Source: Syntrophales bacterium | GTDB lineage: Bacteria > Desulfobacterota > Syntrophia > Syntrophales > UBA2210 | DNA length: 64,000 nucleotides | Assembly (NCBI GenBank): GCA_963664485.1 | Contig: OY761459.1 | Location: forward strand, 155,098 to 219,097 | Direction of reading: 5' to 3' | In this document: positions 7,415 through 18,044 of the stretch, in pieces | Numbering within the stretch: the first letter of the stretch is position 1 | Layout: each line of letters starts with the position of its first letter | Position numbers and translations under genes: made by a program | The notes under the pieces: generated by a model | What the model saw: only the letters and a program-made list of their open reading frames with translations | What the model was told of the DNA's origin: nothing | Database searches by the model: none

Positions 7415-9880
7415 TTAAAGGTTCAATTTATCGCGCAGGAAGCTCCATCCCCTGTTAATATGTTTTTTCGAACTTTTTACCTTTTTTCTCTTTTTTTCCT
7501 TGCCCTGTTCCTGGTCTCCATAACTGTAGTAGTACTGGTAGTAATACCGGTAGTAGTATCCGTTCGAGGAAACGTTGACCTTGTTGAGAGCCAGGCCGAG
7601 CATCTTGCCGTCGGGCATGGTCTCCAGCGCCTGTATCAGTGCTTCTTTTTCGGTCTTTTCGGCGCTTACTACGAAGATCATTCCGTCGAGGCCATGCGAC
7701 AGCACGACCGCGTCGCTTACCGACAGCACGGGAGGACCGTCGAAAAAGATATAGTCGTATCTGCCGGACAAGTTATCGATTATGGTTTGCATCTTCTGCG
7801 AACCCAGCATCTCGTTCGGGTTGTGCGGGATATCGCCGGAACAGATAATATCCAGACCCGGTATCGGGGTTTTTTTCGTAACGTCGCGCAACGATTCTTC
7901 GATATCGTCGGCCATTATCAAGTTGGAAAGTCCCGGCGACCGTTTCTGATCGAACAGCCTGTGCAGGCGCGGTCTTCGCATATCGGTGTCGACAAGCAGA
8001 ACCTTTTTATCCGCCTGGGTAACGGAGACGGCCAGGTTGGCGACGAATAATGTTTTGCCCTCTCCGGGCAGCGCGCTGGTTACGCCTATCAATCTCTTAG
8101 GTGTGTCGAAGGATGTAAAGAATACGTTCGTCCTGATCGTTCTGAAAGCCTCGGATATATTGGCCTTCGGCGTTACATGGGTTATGAGCTCTTTGTTTTT
8201 ACCCCCCGAATCTCCCTCATCAAACTTCATGATCGATCCCAGGAGGGGAACGGTGGTAATCTCCTTCAGGTCGTCCGGGTTCTTTATCGTATTGTCCAGG
8301 TATTCCAGGAAGAAGGCGATCCCGACTCCCATGAATACGCCGATAATCAGCGCGAGGAGTATGTTCCGTTTCGCCCTGGGTTTGACCATTCCAGCCGAGC
8401 CGGCCTTGTCGACAACCCATACGTTACCGATCTCGCTAGCTTTTATTATCTCGAATTCCTGCTTCTTCTGGAGCAGGGATGAATAGGCGCTCTGCTGTAC
8501 GCCTGTTTCCCTTGTCAGTTCCGCCAGCCGCTTTTCGGCATCGGGAAGGTCTTTTATACGCGCCTCGTAAAAGGAGATGTTGTCTTTTATGGATTTCTCG
8601 TTAACTTTCAGGGACGCGATCACGGATGAGAGCTCCGAGTCGATGGCTTTTTTCGCTTCCCTGATCTGTTCGGCGGTTTCGACGACCAGGGGATGTTTTT
8701 CCTTGTAGCTGATTTTCAGGGTGATCATGCGGGACTGGAGTTCGGATAACCGCTGGGCAAGGGTATTCAACCGCTGGTTCTCTATACTGGCGCCGAGAGC
8801 GACAACATTGGTATTCAAAGTATCGTCGGCACTCATGCTGACGATAAGTTCCGCCTGCTTCCGCAGGCTCTCGTTTTTTTTCAGCTCGACATCGGACGCG
8901 ATAAGCTGCTGCAGGGTTATGGTGGCATCGTCGCTCAGAGAAACAAATTTTTCCTTTTCCTTGAAAAGCATGAGCCTGTTTTCGGAAGATTTTAATCGTT
9001 TGTTGAGTATTTCTATCTGCTCGTCGATAAAGGAAATCGCCCGCTCGGCGTCTTCGGTGTTTTTAAGGACGGCGAGTTTCTTGTATTCCGAGACGATAGC
9101 GTTCACCTTGGCGATCGCGGCGGAGGGTTGAAGATCTGTGGCGGATATCTCGATAAGTTCGGTGTTTCTTATCGGGGAAACCTCCAGGCTGGCCCTCAGG
9201 CTTTCGCTCGCCGAAGACAGGGGCAGAACGCTGAATTCGATAGTTTTACCCTTTTTCGCGCGGTCGCCTTCGACCATGATGGCAAAGTCCGGCCCGAAGA
9301 AGGGTTTGTTAAGTTCCCCTTTTTCTTCGAAACCCGAGTTATTGTCCCTTTTGATCACGAATGAGGAGGGTCCGTCGAATCTGAGAACATAGCCGCGTTT
9401 TTTGTTGACATCTCCCACGCTAAGTGTCGTGAAGGAGACGGGTCTGGCGGCCGTTTCCTCCGCGAAATCTTTCGAAGAGAAAATCTTCGACAATTTTTCT
9501 CCTATCCGGCCGAGCAGGATTCCGATCATCCTGTGCTCGGGCTTTATACGGATCTGGTACAGGCTCGACTTTGCCGCCTTCTCGGAAACCGTCCGGCTCT
9601 TGAGTATCTCGACCTGTGTCTGGATCATCGCCTTGGGCAGGCTGCCGCCGCCGGTAAAGCTCTCTTCCAGGAGGGTCTCAAGATTCGTCGATCCCCCGCT
9701 CTTCTGGTATATCTGGATGGTCGATCTAGACTCGTAGACAGGCGCGGCGGCAAGGGTCGCTATGATAACACCCAGGAACACCACGAGAGCGATAATGCCG
9801 ATCAGCCATCTTCTCCGGAGTATAACGCTCAGGTAATCCCGGAGGCTGATTTCTTCATTCATATGCCTGTTATCGAACAT
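7415..9880 (-). CDS. wzc: Polysaccharide co-polymerase / BY tyrosine kinase
   Basis: Wzz-like N-terminus with two TMs, EAFRTIRTN, Walker A PGEGKT, VDTDMRRP, Tyr cluster YYYRYYYQYYYSY. Confidence 0.93.
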   Translation of the reverse strand: MFDNRHMNEEISLRDYLSVILRRRWLIGIIALVVFLGVIIATLAAAPVYESRSTIQIYQKSGGSTNLETLLEESFTGGGSLPKAMIQTQVEILKSRTVSEKAAKSSLYQIRIKPEHRMIGILLGRIGEKLSKIFSSKDFAEETAARPVSFTTLSVGDVNKKRGYVLRFDGPSSFVIKRDNNSGFEEKGELNKPFFGPDFAIMVEGDRAKKGKTIEFSVLPLSSASESLRASLEVSPIRNTELIEISATDLQPSAAIAKVNAIVSEYKKLAVLKNTEDAERAISFIDEQIEILNKRLKSSENRLMLFKEKEKFVSLSDDATITLQQLIASDVELKKNESLRKQAELIVSMSADDTLNTNVVALGASIENQRLNTLAQRLSELQSRMITLKISYKEKHPLVVETAEQIREAKKAIDSELSSVIASLKVNEKSIKDNISFYEARIKDLPDAEKRLAELTRETGVQQSAYSSLLQKKQEFEIIKASEIGNVWVVDKAGSAGMVKPRAKRNILLALIIGVFMGVGIAFFLEYLDNTIKNPDDLKEITTVPLLGSIMKFDEGDSGGKNKELITHVTPKANISEAFRTIRTNVFFTSFDTPKRLIGVTSALPGEGKTLFVANLAVSVTQADKKVLLVDTDMRRPRLHRLFDQKRSPGLSNLIMADDIEESLRDVTKKTPIPGLDIICSGDIPHNPNEMLGSQKMQTIIDNLSGRYDYIFFDGPPVLSVSDAVVLSHGLDGMIFVVSAEKTEKEALIQALETMPDGKMLGLALNKVNVSSNGYYYRYYYQYYYSYGDQEQGKEKKRKKVKSSKKHINRGWSFLRDKLNL

Positions 9881-9898
9881 GTCTTTATCACCCTGTGC

Positions 9899-11344
9899 TT
9901 AGAAATCTTTGATAATGGTCTGTATTACTCGCGTCGTTGTTATCGTGGGAAGTACCTGGTTCAGGAAAACATTCCAGTCCGCGATGGCCGTCCTGGCCAC
10001 ATAGACGGTATCGCCCCTTTCGAGATAGAATCTCTCCAGGCTTCCGCCCTTCATCATTTCGAGAACGTTTACGGAATACACTTTGGGATCGCGGGGGTTG
10101 CCCCTGACAACGACGACCTGGGAACGGTTGGCGGTCTCCTTGAATCCTCTGCACGCGCTTATTGCTTCCATCAGATCCAGAGGATCCGTAAAATACTGTA
10201 CCCCGGGTGTAGTAACCTCGCCGACGACAAATACCTTGTTTTCGTTATTGTTGGGAATATAGACAATGTCTCCGTCGTTCAGGAGTATGTTCTGGTTCAT
10301 ATCGCCGTAATCGAGAAGCCTCTTGAAGTTTATCGGGAGTATGTCGTTGTCCCTGGCCAGGTAGGCCATGTACAGGTTAGCGGTATCAGAGTTTATACCC
10401 CCCGCCCGTGAAAGCGCGTCGAGAATGCTGGAGCTTCTTTTCGTCTTGTATCTCCCCGGGCTTTTCACCTCTCCGAGCAGGACGATCTCTTTCAGGGGTT
10501 CAGATATTACCACGGTGTCCCCGGGGTGAAGGGTGACATTCTGACTGGTGTCGCCATCTTCTAGAAGGGCCTTCAGATCGACCGGGATCACCGTCTCGCC
10601 CCTGATGACGTAAGACTCGGCCAGATCGGCATCCGGTTCTATCGAGACGACGGACAGGATGGACAGCAGCGTCCTGTCGCCTCTCAGCGTGTAGGTCATT
10701 GTGGACGGGCCGACATAGGTTTCAGGTTTTGCTATGGCCCCGACGACGGATACCTGCAGGCTGTTCGGCACCTTGCAAGTTACGGTGATCTGGGGATCTT
10801 TTATGTACGCGTCGTATTTTTCGGCGATAATCGCCTTGAACTCCGGGATGTCCAGCCCGGCGGCGTAAACATCGCCTATCAGGGGAAGCGACACGTTTCC
10901 ATCGGATCTTACCGGCACATCCATCGATATATCTTCATTTTTCCATATGTAGATATTGAGGACGTCGTCGATGCCTATCTCGTATTTTACCCGTTCCCCG
11001 TTTTTCGGCAGGTCTTCCGGCATGACGATTTCTTTACCGGCAAACCTGGCTTTCAGGTAGTCTTCCTTCGTCAGCACATTTTTCTTAAGCTCGATCAATG
11101 TGCGTTCGCCCTCTTTCATCTGAGGCACGGGGACTGTTTTGGCGAAGGAGGGAAGCGGTGATTCGGGGGGATTGCCGGCGGCTGGAGAAGCTGCTTTGAA
11201 AACCCATTTATGAGTTTCCTTGTCCCAGGAAAGTTGCGAACTCTGTTCATTCCGGGGAGAAATTTCCCTGACGACCGGGTGAGCGCACGCGCAGATAAAA
11301 CCGGCAAATATACATACCATTATGATGCTGACATATTTTTTCAT
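9899..11344 (-). CDS. wza: Polysaccharide export lipoprotein with SLBB repeats (Wza-like)
   Basis: Lipoprotein-type signal after MKKYV, YEIGIDDVLNIYIW, DGNVSLPLIG, three V.GEV..PG-type repeats; start may be 11392. Confidence 0.88.
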   Translation of the reverse strand: MKKYVSIIMVCIFAGFICACAHPVVREISPRNEQSSQLSWDKETHKWVFKAASPAAGNPPESPLPSFAKTVPVPQMKEGERTLIELKKNVLTKEDYLKARFAGKEIVMPEDLPKNGERVKYEIGIDDVLNIYIWKNEDISMDVPVRSDGNVSLPLIGDVYAAGLDIPEFKAIIAEKYDAYIKDPQITVTCKVPNSLQVSVVGAIAKPETYVGPSTMTYTLRGDRTLLSILSVVSIEPDADLAESYVIRGETVIPVDLKALLEDGDTSQNVTLHPGDTVVISEPLKEIVLLGEVKSPGRYKTKRSSSILDALSRAGGINSDTANLYMAYLARDNDILPINFKRLLDYGDMNQNILLNDGDIVYIPNNNENKVFVVGEVTTPGVQYFTDPLDLMEAISACRGFKETANRSQVVVVRGNPRDPKVYSVNVLEMMKGGSLERFYLERGDTVYVARTAIADWNVFLNQVLPTITTTRVIQTIIKDF

Positions 11345-11460
11345 CTCGATTACCCTTATCGCGAAATCTTTGCGTAACGTTTTATTCGTCACGCCGGACC
11401 TGGCCCGGCATTCATAACGTATATGAGAATAATGGATTTACCCATTTAAAGGAACGTGTT

Positions 11461-11851
11461 GTCATTCCGTGCACGCGAAACACGATACGGAATCCGGTGT
11501 TATTTTTCTGGATTCCGGCGTCCGCCGGAATGACGATATGAGACAGCCAGATTCCGCCATCATTCTAGTCCGTCATACCGGCGAAAGCCGGTATCCAGTT
11601 CTTTTTTTATTCGCAACCCCGGTTTTCACCGGAATGACAGAGGAGCTTGACTCCAATGTTGAATGCTTAATTTTGAATTTTTAATTATTTCTACGGCAAG
11701 TAGAGAAGTTTGCATAACCTTATAAAATATGCCTCTTTTTGTCATTCCGTGCACACGAAGCACGATACGGGATCCAGTATTCCTAAAAACCTCTGGATTC
11801 CGGTTTGCAACGGAATGACGGCTTTGACATATATTGTTGCCGAAGTAATAA
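11461..11851. repeat. Composite repeat region (family A in both orientations, heptamer tract, TIR-bounded module 11685-11851)
   Basis: gtcattccgtgcacgcgaaacacgatacggaatcc variant; ttatttctacggcaag...gttgccgaagtaataa. Confidence 0.88.
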
Positions 11852-11886
11852 CCGCTCAGACAAGCTATATTCGGCAGTCTGCCTTG

Positions 11887-12699
11887 TCAAGAATTAATGG
11901 AGCGTTTCCTGAAAATTCCCGGCATAAAGGATCTTCGCTTCCGGACGGGTTCTTTTTTCCACGGTACGGGAAACCGCGTGTCGATATCTTCCCCGTTCAA
12001 TATCCTGCCGGGGATCTCCCGGACCATCTCCATCGCGGTCTTTTCGCCCACTATCTTTTTCAGGCGTTTCAATGCCTCCGAGAAGACAGGCCTTCTCCGC
12101 GTGCTCGAGTGGGCATCCGTCACCATCATGTGAATCAGATCATGTTCCAGAAGTGATACGGAAAATGCTTCTATCTCGCTGCCGAAACGCCCGTTAAGAC
12201 TGGACGTGGTCAGCTGGGCCAACGCTCCCAGTGTTACCATCCGATAGATTATTTCCGGATTCCTCATAAGAGCCATATTTCTTTCCGGATGGGAGATAAT
12301 CGGAACAATCCCGGCGAACACGAAGGAAGATATGATCTCTTCCATGTTACGGGGAAGCGCCTCGCCCGGAAGTTCCAGTATAACGTATTTCCCGGAATCG
12401 TTTACAGTCATCAGTTCCCCTCCCTTTATCCTCTCGATAAGGCCGGGGTCGAGGTGAATCTCGCAGCCGGGGAACAGGGCCAGTGGGATCCCATTCTCGT
12501 TTATCGCCGCCTGCAGTTCGTTCACATGCCTTAAGATCTTTTCACGGTCGTTACTGTATTTTCCCGTCGTGTTATGGGGGGTACAAACCACCTTCGATAT
12601 ACCGTCGCTCACGGCGATCCGGCACATTTCGAGGGACTCCTCGAGCTGTTTCGGCCCGTCGTCGATACCGGGAATAATGTGACAGTGCAGATCAATCAA
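11887..12699 (-). CDS. CpsB/CapC/YwqE PHP-family tyrosine phosphatase
   Basis: MIDLHCHIIPGIDDG, TPH, SHPERN, TDAH. Confidence 0.93.
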   Translation of the reverse strand: MIDLHCHIIPGIDDGPKQLEESLEMCRIAVSDGISKVVCTPHNTTGKYSNDREKILRHVNELQAAINENGIPLALFPGCEIHLDPGLIERIKGGELMTVNDSGKYVILELPGEALPRNMEEIISSFVFAGIVPIISHPERNMALMRNPEIIYRMVTLGALAQLTTSSLNGRFGSEIEAFSVSLLEHDLIHMMVTDAHSSTRRRPVFSEALKRLKKIVGEKTAMEMVREIPGRILNGEDIDTRFPVPWKKEPVRKRRSFMPGIFRKRSINS

Positions 12700-12702
12700 A
12701 GC

Positions 12703-12995
12703 GATGTTTAATGTTAAATGTTGAATGTTGAATGGTTAATTATTACCGCGGCAATTAAAGAGGTTAAAGGCAGAGTTCAAGGGGCCGAGGGTCCGAGGAA
12801 CTGCTGTCATAATTACTGCGGCAACAATATATGTCAAAGTTGTCATTCCGGTGCAAACCGGTGTCCAGCCCCTTTTTGTCATTCCGTGCACGCGAAGCAC
12901 GACACGGAATCCAGTGTTATTTTTCTGGATACCGGCCTTCGCCGGCATGACGGAGTCGTTCCGGTTTTCACCGGGGTGACGCGCCAGAATGACGA
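12703..12995. repeat. Composite ~220-bp repeat element (heptamer + octamer + family A)
   Basis: Near-identical to 19105-19340 and 19372-19570. Confidence 0.92.
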
Positions 12996-13644
12996 GAAGG
13001 GGTAATTTTTCTGACGAGAAGGGGTAAATCTCGATACAACGCGCCATCGCTTAAAGAGCACAACAGATAACCCTTTCCCGACGATCCGGGCGTTGAGCTT
13101 CGATTTGAAGCGCAGGGAGGGTTTGTTGGGTTGCATGGTAATGCTGTAAAGTTTCGTCCTGCCGGTTTTTGCCAGTTCCTCGTACAGTCGGTATCGCAGA
13201 TATGGCGCTATACCCGTACCCCGGTACTTTTTCGAGGTATGGGCATCGAACAGGTAAGCTTCGTCTTTCGCGAGTGGGAACGGATGTTCCGTGAAATGAC
13301 AATATTCAAGATTACACCAGGTAAAAGCGACAACATTTCTCCCATCCAGTACCCCGAGGCATTTGTTTCCCGCTTGAAGACGCTTTTGCATAACCGACTC
13401 GCGCACGTCCCGCTCCGGCATAGCCGCGATCTGCGCCATATCTTCCGGACCAAGGAAACGAATCTCAATCGGAGACGAGGTTTTCGGAGCGCGGGGAGGA
13501 TCGCCGAAGAGACCTTCCATAACCAGGTAATAGGAATAGACCGATATGCCGGTTCCCGCGGTACCCGGCCAGGATATCGAGGAACAACTGCTCCCACGGC
13601 TCGTCCCTGAATTTACATGCAACATATTTGAGATAATCCCGCAT
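12879..13644 (-). pseudogene. GNAT-family acetyltransferase, probably frameshifted, with C-terminus reading into repeats
   Basis: EAYLFDAHTSKKYRGTGIA acetyl-CoA motif; the plausible N-terminus MRDYLKYVACKF from ATG 13644 is in another frame. Confidence 0.6.
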
Positions 13645-13645
13645 A

Positions 13646-13829
13646 AAAACAATGCTTAATTTTCAATGTTTAATGTTTAATTGAAAAACTGAAAACCAAA
13701 AAACAATGCTTAATTTTCAATGTTTAATGTTTAATTGAAAAACTGAAAACCAAAAAACAATGCTTAATTTTGAATGTTTGATGTTTAATTGAAAAACTAA
13801 AAAACAAGAAACAATGCTTAATTTTGAAC
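13646..13829. repeat. AT-rich tandem repeat, 54-bp period, ~3.4 copies
   Basis: caatgcttaatttt recurs at 13650, 13704, 13758, 13812. Confidence 0.95.
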
Positions 13830-13871
13830 TGAACAGCGAGCGAATAAAAAAGGATAGTAAGCAGGGACTTT

Positions 13872-14801
13872 CTATCTTTTAAAGTAGGTTATTGTTTTCT
13901 TCAGTCCTTCTTCGAGATCGATCTCCGGTTCCCATCGGAGTCTTTCTTTTGCCAGGGTGATATCGGGGCGGCGGTGCATAGGATCGTCCTGCGGCAGCGT
14001 GCCGAAAACGATTTTCGATTGCGACCGTGTTAATTCTATGATTTTTTCGGCCAGCTCCAGCATGCTGAATTCGCCGGGGTTTCCCAGGTTCACAGGACCG
14101 GTGAAATCACCCGGCAGGTTCATCATCCGGATTATTCCCTCGACCATGTCGTCGACGTAGCAGAATGACCGTGTCTGGGTTCCGTCTCCGAAGACGGTAA
14201 TATCGCTGTTATTCAGGGCATGGACTATAAAATTGCTGACTACCCTTCCGTCGTCCGGGTGCATTCTCGGACCGTAGGTATTGAATATTCTTACTACCCT
14301 GATATCCACGTTGTTCTGCCGGTGGTAGTCGAAAAAGAGGGTTTCGGCGCAGCGTTTACCCTCGTCGTAGCAGGACCGTATCCCTATGGGGTTTACATTA
14401 CCGCGGTAGTCTTCGGTCTGCGGGTGAACGGTCGGATCTCCGTAAACTTCGCTGGTGGATGCCTGGAGAATCCTGGCTTTCACCCTTTTCGCGAGCCCCA
14501 GCATGTGGATGGCGCCCATGACATTGGTCTTGACGGTTTTTACCGGGTTGTACTGGTAATGGATCGGCGATGCGGGACATGCCAGGTTGTATATCTGGTC
14601 GACTTCGAGAAAAATAGGCTGCACCAGGTCGTGGCGTATCAGCTCGAAATTGGGTTTTCCGAGAAGATGATTCACGTTTTCCTTCCCGCCGGTGAAGAAG
14701 TTGTCGAGGCACAGGACATCGTGGCCCTCTTCGACCAGCCGGTCGCACAGGTGGGAACCGAGAAATCCGGCTCCGCCGGTAACTAGAATGCGATTTTTCA
14801 T
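13872..14801 (-). CDS. UDP-glucuronic acid decarboxylase (UDP-xylose synthase-like SDR)
   Basis: [44 protein letters not shown]. Confidence 0.93.
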   Translation of the reverse strand: MKNRILVTGGAGFLGSHLCDRLVEEGHDVLCLDNFFTGGKENVNHLLGKPNFELIRHDLVQPIFLEVDQIYNLACPASPIHYQYNPVKTVKTNVMGAIHMLGLAKRVKARILQASTSEVYGDPTVHPQTEDYRGNVNPIGIRSCYDEGKRCAETLFFDYHRQNNVDIRVVRIFNTYGPRMHPDDGRVVSNFIVHALNNSDITVFGDGTQTRSFCYVDDMVEGIIRMMNLPGDFTGPVNLGNPGEFSMLELAEKIIELTRSQSKIVFGTLPQDDPMHRRPDITLAKERLRWEPEIDLEEGLKKTITYFKR

Positions 14802-14816
14802 GATTTTATTCCTTAA

Positions 14817-15011
14817 GGGTCCAAGGATTCAAGGGGTCGAAAGATAAAGGGGTCGAGGATTCAAGGATCCTAGGGGTCGAAAGGTAAAGGGTTCAAGGAT
14901 TCGAGGATTCAAGGGGGCGAAAGCATCAAAGGCCAAGGATCCGAGGGGGCGAAAGTTAAAGGGGCCAAGGATTCAAGGATCCTAGGGGTCAAGGGGTCAA
15001 GGGGTCAAGGG
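14817..15011. repeat. Degenerate octamer tandem array (family B, G-rich on + strand)
   Basis: ggattcaa/ggggtcga/gggttcaa units; overlaps the four-helix-bundle stop codon. Confidence 0.92.
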
Positions 15012-15368
15012 TTTATTTTCTAGAGATTTTATCAGTGCTTTCAGCATTCTTTCGTTTTCCGCTATGTCCTCTTTCAGTTTATCCAATGCATCTTTCTCGA
15101 TTAAGTTTAAATCCCCTGCCAGCAATATCTGCGTTTCCAGTTCGCAAACAGAACCGTAAGATATATAAAGCATCCTGATGTAATCCAGGGTTGTTTTTCT
15201 TCCGTATCCTTCCGCTATATTGGAAGGGATAGACACGGCGGATCTTCTTATCTGGGAAGTCAGGCCATAAAGTTCTTCCTTTGGAAATTTTGCCGTTATT
15301 CTATATACTTCCAGACATAGTTCGTACGACTTCCGCCATACCTTCAACTCTTTAAAGTTCTTCAGCAA
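14997..15368 (-). CDS. Four-helix-bundle protein (23S rRNA IVP / bAvd-like)
   Basis: F.ELKVW.KS..L...VY.IT..FP.EE.YGLTSQIRRSAVSIPSNIAEG.GR. Confidence 0.93.
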   Translation of the reverse strand: MLKNFKELKVWRKSYELCLEVYRITAKFPKEELYGLTSQIRRSAVSIPSNIAEGYGRKTTLDYIRMLYISYGSVCELETQILLAGDLNLIEKDALDKLKEDIAENERMLKALIKSLENKPLTP

Positions 15369-15375
15369 TCCGCTT

Positions 15376-15532
15376 GGCCCCTTGAACCCCTTATCTTTTG
15401 CCCCCTAGACCCCTCGAACCCTCGGCCCCTTGGACCCCTTATCTTTTGTTCCCTAGACCCCTCGAACCCTCGGCCCCTTGGACCCTTTATCTTTTGTTCC
15501 CTAGACCCCTTGAATCCTAGACCCCTCGAATC
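15376..15532. repeat. Family B octamer array (C-rich on + strand), 48-bp higher-order period
   Basis: ttgaaccc/tcgaaccc/ttggaccc units; ttatcttttg recurs every 48 bp; includes the last codons of fcl. Confidence 0.92.
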
Positions 15533-16577
15533 CTTTCATATACCATTCGTACGTCTTCCGTATCCCTTCTTCGAGCGCGGTAGCGGCCTTCCAGCCTTTG
15601 CTCCGAATCCGGGAGAGGTCGAGCAGTTTTCGCGGTGTCCCGTCGGGTTTGGTGTCGTCCCATTCCATCCGGCCTTCGTAGGCGGTGATCCTGGACACCA
15701 TGTTCGCGAGATCCAGTATCGTGAGATCTTCGCCCGTACCGATATTGACGAATTCGCCTATTTCGTTCGCGTCATAGTTCTCCATGAGAAGAACAGCGGC
15801 GGCGGCCATGTCGTCGGCATAGAGAAATTCTCTCCTCGGCGCCCCGGTTCCCCATAGGGTGAGGCTGTCGGGGTAGATGCCGAATCCTGAGAGGTGTTTC
15901 GTTATCTGGCCCGGGGTACGGGGCGAATCGACCGGCAGGCCGTTACCGAATCGCTCGAGGTCGTGCCGGATGGCATCGTAATCCCCCCTGAAAAGGAGTC
16001 CGGCCAGGTGAAACCTGCGTATCATCGCGGGCAGAACGTGGGAAGTTTCGAGATCAAAATTGTCGTTCGGGCCGTAGAGGTTTGTGGGCATGACGGAGAT
16101 GAAATTCGTCCCGTATTGTTCGTTGTAATACCTGCACAGTTTTATCGCCGCTATCTTCGCTACGGCATACGGTTCGTTGGTCGGTTCCAGGGCGGACGTC
16201 AGAAGATATTCTTCCTTGAGGGGTTGAGGGGCTTCCCGGGGATAGATGCACGACGAACCGAGATTCAGGAGTTTTTTGACTCCATACGCATGGGAAGCAT
16301 TGATGACATTCGCCGCGATCATTATGTTTTCATAGATGAACTGCGCCTTGTATGTACTGTTGGCAAGAATCCCGCCGACCTTCGCCGCGCAGAGAAACAC
16401 ATATTCGGGCCTTTCTCTCTCAAATAAGTCTTCGACATCCTGCTGCCGCGTCAGATCCAGCTCTTCGTGAGACCTGCAGATCAGGCGTTCACAACCCTTC
16501 GCCGCTAGACTTCTCATAACGGCGGAGCCTACCATGCCGCGGTGACCGGCAATATATATCTTAGAGGATAGCATCAT
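15501..16577 (-). CDS. fcl: GDP-L-fucose synthase
   Basis: AGHRGMVGS, AAKVGGI.AN, LGSSCIYP, YAVAK, PTNLYG, SHVLPA, WGTGAPRREF, PDGTPRK. Confidence 0.95.
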   Translation of the reverse strand: MMLSSKIYIAGHRGMVGSAVMRSLAAKGCERLICRSHEELDLTRQQDVEDLFERERPEYVFLCAAKVGGILANSTYKAQFIYENIMIAANVINASHAYGVKKLLNLGSSCIYPREAPQPLKEEYLLTSALEPTNEPYAVAKIAAIKLCRYYNEQYGTNFISVMPTNLYGPNDNFDLETSHVLPAMIRRFHLAGLLFRGDYDAIRHDLERFGNGLPVDSPRTPGQITKHLSGFGIYPDSLTLWGTGAPRREFLYADDMAAAAVLLMENYDANEIGEFVNIGTGEDLTILDLANMVSRITAYEGRMEWDDTKPDGTPRKLLDLSRIRSKGWKAATALEEGIRKTYEWYMKGFEGSRIQGV

Positions 16578-16584
16578 AGGAAAA

Positions 16585-16994
16585 GCAATTTTTAATGTTT
16601 AATTTTTAATGGTTAATTAAAAAACTGAAAAACAAAAAGATAATTGCAAAAAATTATCACAAAAACCTCAAGGGCAATTTTTAATGTTTAATTTTAAATG
16701 ATTAATTAAAAAACTAAAAAACAAAAAGATAATTGCAAAAAGTTATCACGAAAACCTCAAGGGCAATTTTTAATGTTTAATTTTTAATGGTTAATTAAAA
16801 AACTGAAAAACAAAAAGATAATTGCAAAAAATTATCACAAAAAAAGGGCAATTTTTGATGTTTAATGTTAAATGGTTAATTAAAAAACTAAAAACAAAAA
16901 GATAATTGCAAAAAATTATCACAAAAACCTCAAGGGCAATTTTTAATGTTTAATTTTTAATGGTTAATTAAAAAACTGAAAAACAAAAAGATAA
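16585..16994. repeat. AT-rich tandem repeat, 85-89-bp period, ~4.7 copies
   Basis: Units start at 16585, 16674, 16763, 16848, 16936; the full units carry a GATAATT-N6-AATTATC-type inverted repeat. Confidence 0.96.
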
Positions 16995-17039
16995 CTTAAA
17001 AAGATTAAAGGCAAAGCGCAAGATTTTTCTATTGGTTTG

Positions 17040-18044
17040 TTAATAGCCGGCGTCGCGCAGGATTTTTCCCTTTTCTGCCAGTTCAAGGTCGGTTTCTATC
17101 ATCATATCTATCAGTTTATCGAAGGTTACCTCGGGTTCCCATCCGAAGGCCTTCCGCGCTTTGCTCGCGTCGCCCAGCAGCACGTCGACTTCGGTCGGCC
17201 TGAAGTAGCGTTCGTCGATTTCCACGTACCGGCGGTAATCGAGGTTCAGTTTTTCGAAGACGCGTTCCACGAACTCACGGACGGAGTGAGTTTCGCCTGT
17301 GGCGATGACGAAATCGTCCGGCTTGTCGTGCTGCATCATCATCCACATCGCCTTCACGTAATCGCCGGCGTAGCCCCAGTCACGCCTTGCATCCAGGTTT
17401 CCGAGAAAGAGTTTATCCTGCAGTCCCAGCTTGATCCTGGTTGCCGCGGTGGTGATTTTTCGAGTGACGAAGGTCTTGCCGCGCCTCGGCGATTCATGGT
17501 TGAAGAGTATGCCGTTGCAGGCGAATATATTGTATGCATCGCGATAGTTCCTGACTACGTAGTATGAATAAACCTTCGCGGCGGCGTAGGGACTCCGGGG
17601 CTGGAACGGCGTAAGCTCGTTCTGCGGGGGCGGAGCCGCTCCGAACATTTCGCTGGACGAGGCCTGGTAGAATCGCGCCTTGATACCGGTTTTCCTGATC
17701 GCCTCGAGCAGTCTGATCGTACCCAGTCCTGTGATGTCGCCTGTATATTCGGGAGTGTCGAAGCTCACCCTCACATGACTCTGGGCGCCCAGGTGATATA
17801 TTTCATCCGGCTTGATGTCGTAAAGCAGGTTGGTCAGGTGGGCGGATACGGATAGATCGCCGAAATGGAGATACATCCGCGCGTCGGGATCGTGGGAATC
17901 CCGGTAGAGATGATCGATGCGGCCGGTGTTGAAGGTGCTGGCCCTCCTGATAAGGCCGTGCACCTCGTATCCCTTGTCCAGAAGGAATTCGGCAAGGTAT
18001 GAGCCGTCCTGTCCGGTAATCCCGGTAATAAGCGCTTTTTTCAT
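17040..18044 (-). CDS. gmd: GDP-mannose 4,6-dehydratase
   Basis: [50 protein letters not shown]. Confidence 0.97.
   Translation of the reverse strand: MKKALITGITGQDGSYLAEFLLDKGYEVHGLIRRASTFNTGRIDHLYRDSHDPDARMYLHFGDLSVSAHLTNLLYDIKPDEIYHLGAQSHVRVSFDTPEYTGDITGLGTIRLLEAIRKTGIKARFYQASSSEMFGAAPPPQNELTPFQPRSPYAAAKVYSYYVVRNYRDAYNIFACNGILFNHESPRRGKTFVTRKITTAATRIKLGLQDKLFLGNLDARRDWGYAGDYVKAMWMMMQHDKPDDFVIATGETHSVREFVERVFEKLNLDYRRYVEIDERYFRPTEVDVLLGDASKARKAFGWEPEVTFDKLIDMMIETDLELAEKGKILRDAGY

Noticed and set aside
14997-15368. DGR (Avd) or rRNA intervening sequence
   Set aside because: No reverse transcriptase, TR/VR pair or rRNA nearby
16585-16994. 89-bp periodic array as CRISPR
   Set aside because: The whole unit is repeated; there are no unique spacers
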